Shown: one piece after another, positions 1 through 9,575 of the stretch
Numbering within the stretch: position 1 is the stretch's first letter
Layout of the letters: every line of letters begins with the position of its first letter
Assembly: GCA_035299425.1 (NCBI GenBank)
Contig: DATGWP010000167.1
Span: 17,155-81,154, forward strand
Length of the DNA stretch: 64,000 nt
Source: Chitinophagales bacterium
GTDB taxonomy: Bacteria > Bacteroidota > Bacteroidia > Chitinophagales > LD1
Direction of reading: 5' to 3'
Position numbers and translations under genes: made by a program
Notes under the pieces: model-generated
Seen by the model: only the letters and a program-made list of their open reading frames with translations
Databases searched by the model: none
What the model was told of the DNA's origin: nothing

Positions 1-1
1 G

Positions 2-775
2 GCCAAACGCAAACCAAACCCCGACGGAAAACTAAAAGTAATGATAGAGGGGCCTGGCGAGGTGTGGTTCCGGAGAGTGGAGGATTCATTTAAAGCTGTA
101 GAGGGGCTGGATGGTATTGAAGTTTGGTTTAAGGCGCGTGGGCCTTATGTAGACCCGAAGTGGAAATACGATAAGATATTTTTTAACTGCACTACGGAAG
201 AACTTGCCGACCTGTATGCACAGTGCGACGTACTGCTGAAGATGAGCGAGGTGGAAGCTTTTTGCCTGCCTAATGTAGAAATGATGGCGTGTGGCGGCAC
301 TATTATAACCACCAATTTTACAGGGCATGAAGAATACTCAGTACCCGATGTAAACTCCATAGTAATAAATATACGCGATACCGATGCTGCACGGCAGGCT
401 GTAATAAAGTTGCGCGATGACCGGGCTCTACTGGCCAAACTGCAGGCCAATGCCTACCAAACAGCCAAGAACATGACATGGACGGTGCAGACTGAAAAGT
501 TTGAAAAGGCGCTGATGGAACTTGTTGAAATATATAAAGGACACGACTACACGCATACACGCCAACTAATGAACAGCCTCCTGGATACAAAAATTGCCAT
601 TGAAATTACCGACAGGACGAAAAAGAAACTTGAGCAGGATTACAATAACTTGTTTGTACAGCACCATCGTAATGAGTATCGCTTATTCAGGTTTATAGGG
701 CGTATTGTATACCGCATACCGGCAATAGGTACATTGTTGCGCAAAATTTTTGCAACCAAAGGGCACAGCAAGTGA
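2..775 (+). CDS. Glycosyltransferase family 4, C-terminal part (5' truncated by window edge)
   Basis: Frame is open from base 2 (AKRKPNPDGKLKV-MIEG). GT-B C-terminal motif DVLLKMSEVEAFCLPNVEMMACG (E-x7-E). Confidence 0.8.
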   Translation, partial: AKRKPNPDGKLKVMIEGPGEVWFRRVEDSFKAVEGLDGIEVWFKARGPYVDPKWKYDKIFFNCTTEELADLYAQCDVLLKMSEVEAFCLPNVEMMACGGTIITTNFTGHEEYSVPDVNSIVINIRDTDAARQAVIKLRDDRALLAKLQANAYQTAKNMTWTVQTEKFEKALMELVEIYKGHDYTHTRQLMNSLLDTKIAIEITDRTKKKLEQDYNNLFVQHHRNEYRLFRFIGRIVYRIPAIGTLLRKIFATKGHSK

Positions 776-1698
776 TAATTTCAAAAATATTTCAGGGGTT
801 GGGCAACCAGCTGTTTCAATACTCGTATGGTTTTGCGCGTGCAAGCGATTTGGGCACTGTTTTAAAAATTGACACCAGCTATTATAACTCATACGCTGAG
901 GTAACCCAGTATGGCTATACGTATAAAAGAGATTTTGGGCTTAACCGGTTTGCTATAACTGCACCAGAAGCAACCGCAGAAGAGATTAACAGCGTATTGC
1001 ACCCTACCGGCAGCACATTGGCACAAAAGCTGAATAATAATTACCGGCATTATGTGGGTGGCTACCATAAAAAATTCCTGGTAAAAGAACCTTCCTACAC
1101 CTTTGATGATAAGCTGCTTCAAATTTGCGACAATACGTATGTAGAAGGCTACTTTACCGATGAGCGGTACTTTAAAAAATACCGCAAAGAGTTGTTGCAA
1201 CAGTTTAAGCTAACTAACAGGCCTAATGAAAAGAATGCTGCTATACTGGCGCAGATGCAGCAAGAAGATTCTGTTTGCATTAGCATACGCCGGACAAATT
1301 TCTTAAATAACCCGTTGATGGGCGTGTGTGGTGAAGATTTTTATTACAACGCTATGGATGAGATGGCCGCCAAACTTAAAAACCCTGTGTTTTATGTATT
1401 CTCTGACGACAACAAATGGGTGAATAGTTTTTTCAAGTCGCCTTACAAGTGTGTGCCTATACAACATAACTATCCTGATTTTTACGAAGATTTCAGGTTG
1501 ATGCAGGGTTGCAAGCACCATATTACACCTAACAGCACTTTTCCGTGGTGGGCAGCATGGCTGGCAGATAACTCCGACAAAATGGTAATTGCCCCCAAAT
1601 ACTGGCTTAACTCAGATACAATTGATTACTCGCGGTTTGTGCCCGATAACTGGATAAGGTTAGAACACAGTATAAATACTAAATTTGCAGGCGATTGA
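772..1698 (+). CDS. Alpha-1,2-fucosyltransferase-like protein (GT11)
   Basis: N-terminal GLGNQLFQY, plus DFRLMQGCKHHITPNSTFPWWAAWL and VIAPKYW, all GT11 hallmarks. The usual HxRRxD motif reads SIRRTN here. Confidence 0.85.
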   Translation: MIISKIFQGLGNQLFQYSYGFARASDLGTVLKIDTSYYNSYAEVTQYGYTYKRDFGLNRFAITAPEATAEEINSVLHPTGSTLAQKLNNNYRHYVGGYHKKFLVKEPSYTFDDKLLQICDNTYVEGYFTDERYFKKYRKELLQQFKLTNRPNEKNAAILAQMQQEDSVCISIRRTNFLNNPLMGVCGEDFYYNAMDEMAAKLKNPVFYVFSDDNKWVNSFFKSPYKCVPIQHNYPDFYEDFRLMQGCKHHITPNSTFPWWAAWLADNSDKMVIAPKYWLNSDTIDYSRFVPDNWIRLEHSINTKFAGD

Positions 1699-2831
1699 TG
1701 ATGAAAAGGATATTGATAACCGGAGGTGCGGGTTTTATAGGATCTAATCTTTCACTACAGCTGCTTAAACGTGGCTACAAAGTGGTGGTATTAGATTGCT
1801 TATCGCCGCAGATACACGGAAACAAGGAGGAATCGACTCTTTACCAGAGCATAAAGGATACGGTAGAGTTTATAGAAGCCGATGTGCGCGACCGTGTGGC
1901 TATGGCTAATGCTGTAAAAGATGCAGATGTGGTAGTACACCTGGCGGCCGAAACCGGCACGGGCCAGAGCATGTATGCTATTGAAAAATACATTGATGTA
2001 AACTGCACTGGCACGGGTGTATTGCTTGATGTATTGCTAAACGAGCCAAACCAGGTTAAGAAAGTAGTATTGTCGTCTTCGCGGGCTGTGTATGGCGAGG
2101 GTAAGTATACAGATAGTGCAGGGAATGTTGTATACCCACCATCGCGCCCCGAGGCACAAATGCGGCAAAAAAAATTTGAGCTGCTGGACCCACAGGGAGC
2201 GCCGCTAAAGCTACAAGCTACCGATGAGCATTCGCAGATAAACCCCCTATCGCTTTACGCTATTACCAAGTATAACCAGGAGCAGTACATTAGCCTTACC
2301 TGCGCCAGCATAGGCATGCCCTATGTGATATTCCGTTACCAAAATGTATACGGGCCGGGCCAATCGCTTAAAAACCCTTATACCGGTATACTATCCATAT
2401 TTTCTACCCAGATAAAAAACGGCAATAATATAAACGTGTTTGAAGACGGGCTGGAGAGCCGTGACTTTGTTTTTATAGATGATGTAGTGCACGCCACAAT
2501 AGCTGGCATAGAAAAAGAGGAGGCTAACAACCAGGTGTTCAATGTAGGCTCCGGCATTGCCACACCGGTTATTAAAGTAGCCGAAACGCTGCGTAGTCTT
2601 TATAAATCGAACGTACAGATAAACATAACCGGCAACTACCGCATAGGCGATATACGCCACAACTATGCCGACCTGGATAAAGCAGGCGCTGTATTGGGTT
2701 ATAGGCCGCAAACAGGTTTTGAGGAAGGTATCCGCAAGTTTTCGGAGTGGGTAAACCTACAGCAAACCGAAAAAGATACTTATGAAAAAAGTATGGCTGA
2801 ATTAGCCGCTAAGGGGCTGCTAAAACAATAA
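1695..2831 (+). CDS. NAD-dependent nucleotide-sugar epimerase/dehydratase (extended SDR; resembles the WbiB dTDP-L-rhamnose 4-epimerase-like subgroup)
   Basis: ITGGAGFIG, HLAAETG, YAITK (YxxxK), RYQNVYGPGQ, RDFVFIDD. Confidence 0.85.
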   Translation: MMMKRILITGGAGFIGSNLSLQLLKRGYKVVVLDCLSPQIHGNKEESTLYQSIKDTVEFIEADVRDRVAMANAVKDADVVVHLAAETGTGQSMYAIEKYIDVNCTGTGVLLDVLLNEPNQVKKVVLSSSRAVYGEGKYTDSAGNVVYPPSRPEAQMRQKKFELLDPQGAPLKLQATDEHSQINPLSLYAITKYNQEQYISLTCASIGMPYVIFRYQNVYGPGQSLKNPYTGILSIFSTQIKNGNNINVFEDGLESRDFVFIDDVVHATIAGIEKEEANNQVFNVGSGIATPVIKVAETLRSLYKSNVQINITGNYRIGDIRHNYADLDKAGAVLGYRPQTGFEEGIRKFSEWVNLQQTEKDTYEKSMAELAAKGLLKQ

Positions 2832-2856
2832 AAGCCCTACAACCAAACCGGCAACG

Positions 2857-3588
2857 ATGTATTATTACAAAAACATACTGGTAGTTTCTGATAATGGTTT
2901 TTTGATAAAAGCCTTTCACGACCTGATAGCGCCACTGCAAGGTGTGCAGGTTACATATACCTGCTCGCCACAAAACACAGCCCTGCTTACCGCTACAAAT
3001 TTACCGGTACCCATAAGGGCTATCAGCATGAAGGCCGATTGGGAACAATTTAATTACGATCTTATTTTTTCGCTGCATTGTAAACAGCTTTTTCCGGCAG
3101 GGTTGGTAAACAAAACAAAGTGCATTAATGTACATCCGGGTTTTAACCCCTATAACCGTGGCTGGTTTCCGCAGGTATTTTCTATTTTAAACGGGCACAC
3201 TGCCGGCGCTACTATACACGAAATAGATGAGCAGCTTGACCACGGCGCCATTATTGCCCAAAGAGAAATTAAAATAGAAGCATACGACACGTCGCTTACG
3301 GCTTATGAAAAAATACAGCAATGCGAAGTTGAATTGCTGAGAGAAAACCTGCGAAATATATTATTTAACACGTATACTAAAACAGTTCCCGCACAAGAAG
3401 GCAACGTAAATCTGAAGAAGGATTTTAATAAGTTAACACGGCTGGACCTTGATGAAAAACTTACTATGCGCGAAGCTATTGACAGACTGCGTGCACTAAC
3501 ACATGGAGAGTACAAAAATGCCTGGTTTACCGACCCTACAACGCAGGAGCGGATTTATATAAGCGTAAATCTTGAAAAGCAGAAGTAA
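2857..3588 (+). CDS. dTDP-4-amino-4,6-dideoxyglucose N-formyltransferase (VioF/Rv3404c-like)
   Basis: IFSLHCKQLFP, CINVHPGFNPYNRGWFPQVFSI, GATIHEIDEQLDHGAII, RALTHGEYKNAWF are characteristic of this sugar N-formyltransferase subfamily. Confidence 0.8.
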   Translation: MYYYKNILVVSDNGFLIKAFHDLIAPLQGVQVTYTCSPQNTALLTATNLPVPIRAISMKADWEQFNYDLIFSLHCKQLFPAGLVNKTKCINVHPGFNPYNRGWFPQVFSILNGHTAGATIHEIDEQLDHGAIIAQREIKIEAYDTSLTAYEKIQQCEVELLRENLRNILFNTYTKTVPAQEGNVNLKKDFNKLTRLDLDEKLTMREAIDRLRALTHGEYKNAWFTDPTTQERIYISVNLEKQK

Positions 3589-3594
3589 CCTGGC

Positions 3595-4539
3595 ATGAAC
3601 CCTAAAGTAAGTGTTTGTCTTATTACTTATAACCACGAAGCCTATATAACTGAGGCACTGGAAGGTATAATGATGCAACAATGCACATTTGACTTTGAAG
3701 TAGTAATAGGCAACGACTGCAGCACCGATAACACACTGGTCAAAATAAAGCCATTTCTGGAAAAGTATGCGGACAAGATACGACTGCACGACCATCCACA
3801 AAATCTGGGCATGACCAAAAACTGGGTATATACTATGCAAGCCTGCCGGGGCGAATATGTAGCTATAATAGAGGGTGATGACAATTGGACCGATCCGCTT
3901 AAGCTACAAGCGCAGATTGATATACTTGATAGGGACCGCAGCCTATCGTTTTGTTGCCACGATGTGGATTATATTTATGAGCAAGGGCTAACACCTTATA
4001 ACCCTTACATTGTAATTGGCGAATCGCGTACATTTACCATTGAAGATATATTAAGAAAAAGGGGATTTATACCAACGTGCAGCATAACATACCGGCGCGC
4101 TATGCTACCAGCATTTCCTGAGTGGGCCGATAGAAGAATTAAAAGCATTGACCTGGTAGTGCAGTTAATGCTGGCAGCTAACGGCCCCTTCTATTATCTA
4201 AACAAAAAAATGGGCCGGTATAGATTGCACCCGCAGGGTATATCGCACGTTAACTGGAACAACAAGAAAAATCAGCTTGAGTACGATAACATCTTTATAC
4301 TCGGCCTGTTCAACTCATTCTCTAAAGGTAAATTTAAAGAGCCTTTGAATGACCGGATAGAAGCGCAGTACCACGCTATACTTAAGCAAAATATCTTTAA
4401 CTCGCCCGATTATAACAAGGCAATAATTGCGCTAATGCGCCTAAGGCCGCGCAAAAACCTACCACTGTTTAAAGGATGGCTTATAAATAAATTTATTCCA
4501 GCTAATTTGTATAACCTTTACCGAAAGTTCACTAAATAG
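3595..4539 (+). CDS. Glycosyltransferase family 2
   Basis: VSVCLITYNHEAYI, NDCSTDNT, IAIIEGDDNW-type DxD region. Confidence 0.9.
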   Translation: MNPKVSVCLITYNHEAYITEALEGIMMQQCTFDFEVVIGNDCSTDNTLVKIKPFLEKYADKIRLHDHPQNLGMTKNWVYTMQACRGEYVAIIEGDDNWTDPLKLQAQIDILDRDRSLSFCCHDVDYIYEQGLTPYNPYIVIGESRTFTIEDILRKRGFIPTCSITYRRAMLPAFPEWADRRIKSIDLVVQLMLAANGPFYYLNKKMGRYRLHPQGISHVNWNNKKNQLEYDNIFILGLFNSFSKGKFKEPLNDRIEAQYHAILKQNIFNSPDYNKAIIALMRLRPRKNLPLFKGWLINKFIPANLYNLYRKFTK

Positions 4540-4567
4540 AGTGCTACAATTAAAACACAGCGCAGAC

Positions 4568-5389
4568 ATGCAAAAAGAAAAATACATCCACGAAGAAACA
4601 ATGCATAACCTGGAAGCACCCCAGCAAATAGTGCCAATAATTATGGCGCTGGCGCAGCCCAAAAGTGTGGTAGATATGGGATGTGGTGTAGGCACCTTTC
4701 TGTATTGTTTTAAACAAAACGGCGTAAACAGAGTTTTAGGCCTGGATGGGCCTTGGGCTAACAAAGAGTTATTAAACAAATATCTTACCCCTGATGAATT
4801 TAAAGAAGTGGACCTTGAAAAGCCACTACAAAATATTACAGAAAAATTCGATCTGGCAGTATGTCTGGAAGTAGCAGAACACCTGAGCGAATCAAGTGCT
4901 GATACCTGCGTGAAAAATCTTACCAACCTTAGCGATGTTATACTTTTTTCGGCGGCTATACCGCAACAGCTTGGACAAAACCATATTAATGAACAATGGC
5001 CTGCTTACTGGGAGGCAAAATTTAATGCACAGGGTTATGAGTTTCACGATGTATTAAGAGCTCCTATCTGGAACAATGAAAAAATATGGTGGTGGTACCG
5101 CCAAAATATTTTTTTGGTTACGCGCAAAGGATATCAATTGAATACAGCACCGCTGGCCTCCTACCCTGCTGCACAATCGCGTAGCGTAGTACATCCCAGC
5201 ATATTTAAGTATCACGCCGATGTGGCTACACTCTCTGTTTCGCGATTAAGCCTGTTAGAGTCGGGCGGCTATAGTATTGGTACCTATTTTAAGTTACTGG
5301 TGCGCGCAGTACTTAAAAAACTAGGCCTGCAGGGCAAATCAAATGAAATGATATTAATTGACACCACAGATCCCTTAAAAAAACTGTAA
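4568..5389 (+). CDS. Class I SAM-dependent methyltransferase (glycan O-methyltransferase candidate); alternative GTG start at 4541
   Basis: VVDMGCGVG SAM motif I, DLAVCLEVAEHL, HINEQWPAYW. Confidence 0.8.
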   Translation: MQKEKYIHEETMHNLEAPQQIVPIIMALAQPKSVVDMGCGVGTFLYCFKQNGVNRVLGLDGPWANKELLNKYLTPDEFKEVDLEKPLQNITEKFDLAVCLEVAEHLSESSADTCVKNLTNLSDVILFSAAIPQQLGQNHINEQWPAYWEAKFNAQGYEFHDVLRAPIWNNEKIWWWYRQNIFLVTRKGYQLNTAPLASYPAAQSRSVVHPSIFKYHADVATLSVSRLSLLESGGYSIGTYFKLLVRAVLKKLGLQGKSNEMILIDTTDPLKKL

Positions 5390-5443
5390 GGGCATTCCAA
5401 TAATTGACCGGCCAATTTTACGTGCCTTACTATACCTGTTGTT

Positions 5444-6484
5444 ATGAAAAGTGGAGTTTCGGTAATTATATGTTGCTACAATAGCGCTAAGCGGTTGCCC
5501 GAAACGCTGCAACACCTGTTGCAGCAAAAGGATGCTGACGTGGACTGGGAGATAGTGATAGTAGATAATGCCAGCACCGATAATACCGCCGTGGTGGCCA
5601 ACGAGATTTTAGCAAAAGAACTACCTGCTGATAAATACAAAGTTGTAACAGAAAAGCAGCCAGGGCTTATTTTTGCCCGTAAAAAAGGATTTAGCGTAGC
5701 ACAATACGATAAGCTATTATACTGCGATGATGATAACTGGCTGGATGAAAACTACATTAAAAATGCAGTTGAAATATTAAATACCCACAGCGATATAATG
5801 GTGCTGGGCGGCAAAGGCGAACCGGTTTTTGAAAAAACCAAGCCAGTGTGGTTTGACAAGTACCAGGGCAGCTTTGCAGTAGGGCCACAAGGGCAACAAA
5901 GCAGCGGTATAGAGCAGGTAAACTCGGTATATGGAGCAGGCACTATTATAAGAAGAAAGCTGTTTAACCAATTAGACCTGGTGCAATTTGAAAGCCTGCT
6001 TACCGGCCGTAAAGAAAACCAATTGATAAGCGGTGAAGATATTGAGCTTAGCAGGGTTGCGGGTTATTTTGGGCATAAAGTGGCCTGGGCACCGGTGCTC
6101 ACCTTTAAGCACCTGATGACCGAAGGCCGCATGAACTGGAACTATTTAAAAAAGCTGAACTTTGGTTTTGGCCGTATGCGGGTGTATTTGCACGCTTATA
6201 CTTACGCCGAGCAAAATAATACAGTGCCGGGCAAGGGATTGCGCCTGCCACTGTGGGCCGATAAATATATACATCTGGCCAAACAGTTATTGAAATACTA
6301 TCCGCAAATACTTTTCAAATTGAATGAAGAAGGGAATGATGAGGTGCTTAAATTTAATGCTTTAAAGGGGGAACTGTTCGAATTGCGCCTACTGAAAGAT
6401 AGATATGCCCAGATATTTGCCGATATAATTAAACTGAGAGAGAGAATAGCCGCATTTAAAACCAAGAATAATAAAAGCGCGTAA
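5444..6484 (+). CDS. Glycosyltransferase family 2
   Basis: VSVIICCYNS, VDNASTDNT, YCDDDNWL, GEDIEL. Confidence 0.9.
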   Translation: MKSGVSVIICCYNSAKRLPETLQHLLQQKDADVDWEIVIVDNASTDNTAVVANEILAKELPADKYKVVTEKQPGLIFARKKGFSVAQYDKLLYCDDDNWLDENYIKNAVEILNTHSDIMVLGGKGEPVFEKTKPVWFDKYQGSFAVGPQGQQSSGIEQVNSVYGAGTIIRRKLFNQLDLVQFESLLTGRKENQLISGEDIELSRVAGYFGHKVAWAPVLTFKHLMTEGRMNWNYLKKLNFGFGRMRVYLHAYTYAEQNNTVPGKGLRLPLWADKYIHLAKQLLKYYPQILFKLNEEGNDEVLKFNALKGELFELRLLKDRYAQIFADIIKLRERIAAFKTKNNKSA

Positions 6485-7576
6485 ATGAACATTTGCATTG
6501 TCTCTAATTTTAAGCAATCAGGATATGGCGAAAGTACACGGCCCGGTCAAATGGCTGCGCACTTAAAATCGTTTGGGCACAACATACTGCACATTTGCGA
6601 TTGGCAGGGTACAGAAAACGGGATTAAGCATCTGCACATAGAACGCGAAAACTGGGAGCCGAATGTTATAAAACGCCTTGTCTCATTTACCAGCGATTAT
6701 ACCAGCATTAAATTGTTTAGCCCCGACTTAGTGTATGCGCACCAGTTTAACAATGTAAAGTGGGCCCTGCAAACCAAATTGTTTGCAGGAACTAAAATTG
6801 TATTTGATGCACACACCAGTAAGTACTTTGAGCATATACATTTTAAAGCTGACACCGCATTGCTGGAGCTTCTTAAGACGCAAGAGAATGATATGTGCCA
6901 CAAGGCCGATTTTATAATAGCGGCATCCCAGGAAACAAAAGATTTTTTTGTTTCTACCTACCAGGTAAAAAAGGAAAAGATAAAAGTGGTGGGAAATGCC
7001 ACAACCATTGCTCCGGTAACAGAAAGCCACCCAACCAATAATCAAAAATTTATTTGTGTAGCCACGCTGCCGCAGGATGGATTTTTATCTAACGAAATGG
7101 CACTGGATATGCTGCAGGATATAGCCCTTGAAACATACAAGCACAGCCAGCAGATTGAGTTTCATGTAGTAGGTGGAGGCAAAATACCTAAAGCAAAAGC
7201 ACCTAACATAGTTTACACCGGTTATGTAGAAAACCTGCGCGACACAATTTTAAATGCAGACATTTGCCTGATGCCGTTTCCACCAGATGCCGTGTGCGGC
7301 GGCGCCCGCAATAAGTTTTGCGACTATATAGCCCTTGGCAAAGTGGTAGTTACAACCACCGAAGGCTTGCGCGGTATGGAAGTATTGAAAGATGAGGTAA
7401 ACTGCGTAGTGGCTGAAACTGCTGCTGAATCATCGGCTAAAATATGCGCACTTGCTGCTGATAAGAAGAAACTGGCAACTATAGAAAAAGGTGTACTGCA
7501 GGTGAAAGATTACTTTAACTGGAAAGACCGCGCGCGCCAGGCAGAAACTATTTTTAAACAACTGCTAAACACATGA
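6485..7576 (+). CDS. Glycosyltransferase family 4
   Basis: GT-B C-terminal features: YTGYVENL, ADICLMPF, KFCDYIALGKVVVTT. Confidence 0.8.
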   Translation: MNICIVSNFKQSGYGESTRPGQMAAHLKSFGHNILHICDWQGTENGIKHLHIERENWEPNVIKRLVSFTSDYTSIKLFSPDLVYAHQFNNVKWALQTKLFAGTKIVFDAHTSKYFEHIHFKADTALLELLKTQENDMCHKADFIIAASQETKDFFVSTYQVKKEKIKVVGNATTIAPVTESHPTNNQKFICVATLPQDGFLSNEMALDMLQDIALETYKHSQQIEFHVVGGGKIPKAKAPNIVYTGYVENLRDTILNADICLMPFPPDAVCGGARNKFCDYIALGKVVVTTTEGLRGMEVLKDEVNCVVAETAAESSAKICALAADKKKLATIEKGVLQVKDYFNWKDRARQAETIFKQLLNT

Positions 7577-8580
7577 GTGCACCGGCCATATCTGTTTTAA
7601 TGCCGGTATACAATGGTGCCAGCTATTTGGCAACAGCTATCGACAGTATATTAAATCAAACCTTTACCGATTTTGAGCTACTGCTTATAAACGATGGTTC
7701 TACAGATAGCTCGGAGAATATAATACACAGTTATGCCGACCCGCGCATACGTTACATAAAGAATGAAACGAACATACGGCTGATAGCCACACTAAATAAA
7801 GGAATAGAGCTATGCCGCGGCAAATACATAGTGCGGATGGATGCTGATGACATAAGCGAGTTGAACAGGCTGCAGTTACAATACGATTTTATGGAAAGCC
7901 ACCCAGGTATTGCCCTATGCGGTTCGTGGTTCAAAATGTTTGGCGAGCAAAACAATATCATAAAGTATACAGGCACGCACGATGCCATCCGAATGAAGAT
8001 GTTGTATCAATGCCATTTTTGCCATCCATCGGTTATTATACGCACGGCTATGATAAAGACCATTGAGCCAAAATTTGATGCGGCCTTTATACACGCCGAA
8101 GATTATGAATTCTTCGCCCGCATAACCGAAAAATTTGAGACAGCCAATATTCAACGGGTGTTATTAAACTACCGCTTCCATGCCGGCAGTGTATCTACCC
8201 AAAACAAAAGTACACAGGTTAGCAACAGTGTAATTATAAAAAAACGGATGTTTGCCAAAATGGGGATAGATGCTACAGATGAAGATTTGCAGCTTTACCA
8301 AAGCATAGAACAGCACGAATACAAAAAGAGTATAGACTACCTGATGAAAAGTAAATTGCTGCTTGAAAAAATGTGCGCAGCAAACAATAGTAGCGGCTAT
8401 ATGAATAAACAATTTGTACAGCAGTACCTGGGGCAACTATGGTTTAATGTAGCTTATAACCTGAGTGCGTTGGGGCCCGTAGCTTTGCGCACCTACAAGT
8501 CTTCTACCCTATCTACCCATATCAATACCGGCCCAATGTTGCTTTTTAAGTTTCGTATTAAAACATTGCTTAAACGTTAA
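7573..8580 (+). CDS. Glycosyltransferase family 2
   Basis: ISVLMPVYNG, NDGSTDSS, RMDADDIS, AEDYEF. Confidence 0.92.
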   Translation: MSAPAISVLMPVYNGASYLATAIDSILNQTFTDFELLLINDGSTDSSENIIHSYADPRIRYIKNETNIRLIATLNKGIELCRGKYIVRMDADDISELNRLQLQYDFMESHPGIALCGSWFKMFGEQNNIIKYTGTHDAIRMKMLYQCHFCHPSVIIRTAMIKTIEPKFDAAFIHAEDYEFFARITEKFETANIQRVLLNYRFHAGSVSTQNKSTQVSNSVIIKKRMFAKMGIDATDEDLQLYQSIEQHEYKKSIDYLMKSKLLLEKMCAANNSSGYMNKQFVQQYLGQLWFNVAYNLSALGPVALRTYKSSTLSTHINTGPMLLFKFRIKTLLKR

Positions 8581-8585
8581 AAAAG

Positions 8586-9503
8586 ATGGCCGCATTTTTC
8601 AGTATAATAATGCCTACTTATAACCGGGCAGCCCTCATAAGCCGCGCTATTAAAAGTGTGCTGGCTCAAACTTACACAGATTGGGAGTTGGTAATAGTAG
8701 ATGACGGTTCTACTGATAACACAAAAGAAGTTGTGCTTTCATTTAACGATAGCCGTATTAAATATATTTTTCAAGATAACGCCGAGCGCAGTGTAGCGCG
8801 TAACAATGCAATGGCCCATAGTACCGGCACCTACATTTGTTTTTTGGATAGCGACGACTACTATCTACCCAACCGACTGAATCGCTTGCACGAGCACATT
8901 ACCCGGCTTGGGCAACCAGTAGCATTTTACTATACAGGTATAGCATACGAAATTAACGGACAAGTAAGTAACCGCCCCGAGCTAAAAAACACGGGCAACA
9001 ATATCTTCGATTTTATAGTGCAGGCTATTATAGGTACACCACAAGTCTGCATTCACCGCGATTTATTAAAACATAACAAATTTAACCCGGCTTTTCATAT
9101 CGGGGAAGATATGGAATTGTGGCTGCGCATAGCGCCCACGGCACCACCAAAATATTTGGATGATCAGTTTACAGTTGTAGCTGTTGAGCATGAAGACAGG
9201 TCGGTAAATGTAAAACGCTACAATAGCTTTCCTCACCAGTTGCGGATGCTTACTACAGTTTTTGCCAATAACCATTCAGGGCAAAAAATTTCGGCCCAGA
9301 TTAAAAGCAAGTTGCTAAGCAATTGCTACTTCGGTATAGCAAAATACCACATTTATGCCGGGAATAAGGGAAGTGCCCTGGTAAACCTTACAAAATCTAT
9401 AATCACGGATCTTTCTCATTACCAAACCAAGTACCGACTTAACATGTTGCTACGCTTATTGCTGCCGGGTGGCTTACAAAAGGCCACTATGTTACTTGAA
9501 TAA
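8586..9503 (+). CDS. Glycosyltransferase family 2
   Basis: FSIIMPTYNRA, VDDGSTDNT, FLDSDDYY, GEDMELW. Confidence 0.92.
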   Translation: MAAFFSIIMPTYNRAALISRAIKSVLAQTYTDWELVIVDDGSTDNTKEVVLSFNDSRIKYIFQDNAERSVARNNAMAHSTGTYICFLDSDDYYLPNRLNRLHEHITRLGQPVAFYYTGIAYEINGQVSNRPELKNTGNNIFDFIVQAIIGTPQVCIHRDLLKHNKFNPAFHIGEDMELWLRIAPTAPPKYLDDQFTVVAVEHEDRSVNVKRYNSFPHQLRMLTTVFANNHSGQKISAQIKSKLLSNCYFGIAKYHIYAGNKGSALVNLTKSIITDLSHYQTKYRLNMLLRLLLPGGLQKATMLLE

Positions 9504-9575
9504 ACTATCTATTTAACCAAGTGCTTGGCGATAAGCGCCACAAATTTACTTTTGCTGCACGCTCAGGGGCCTGTT

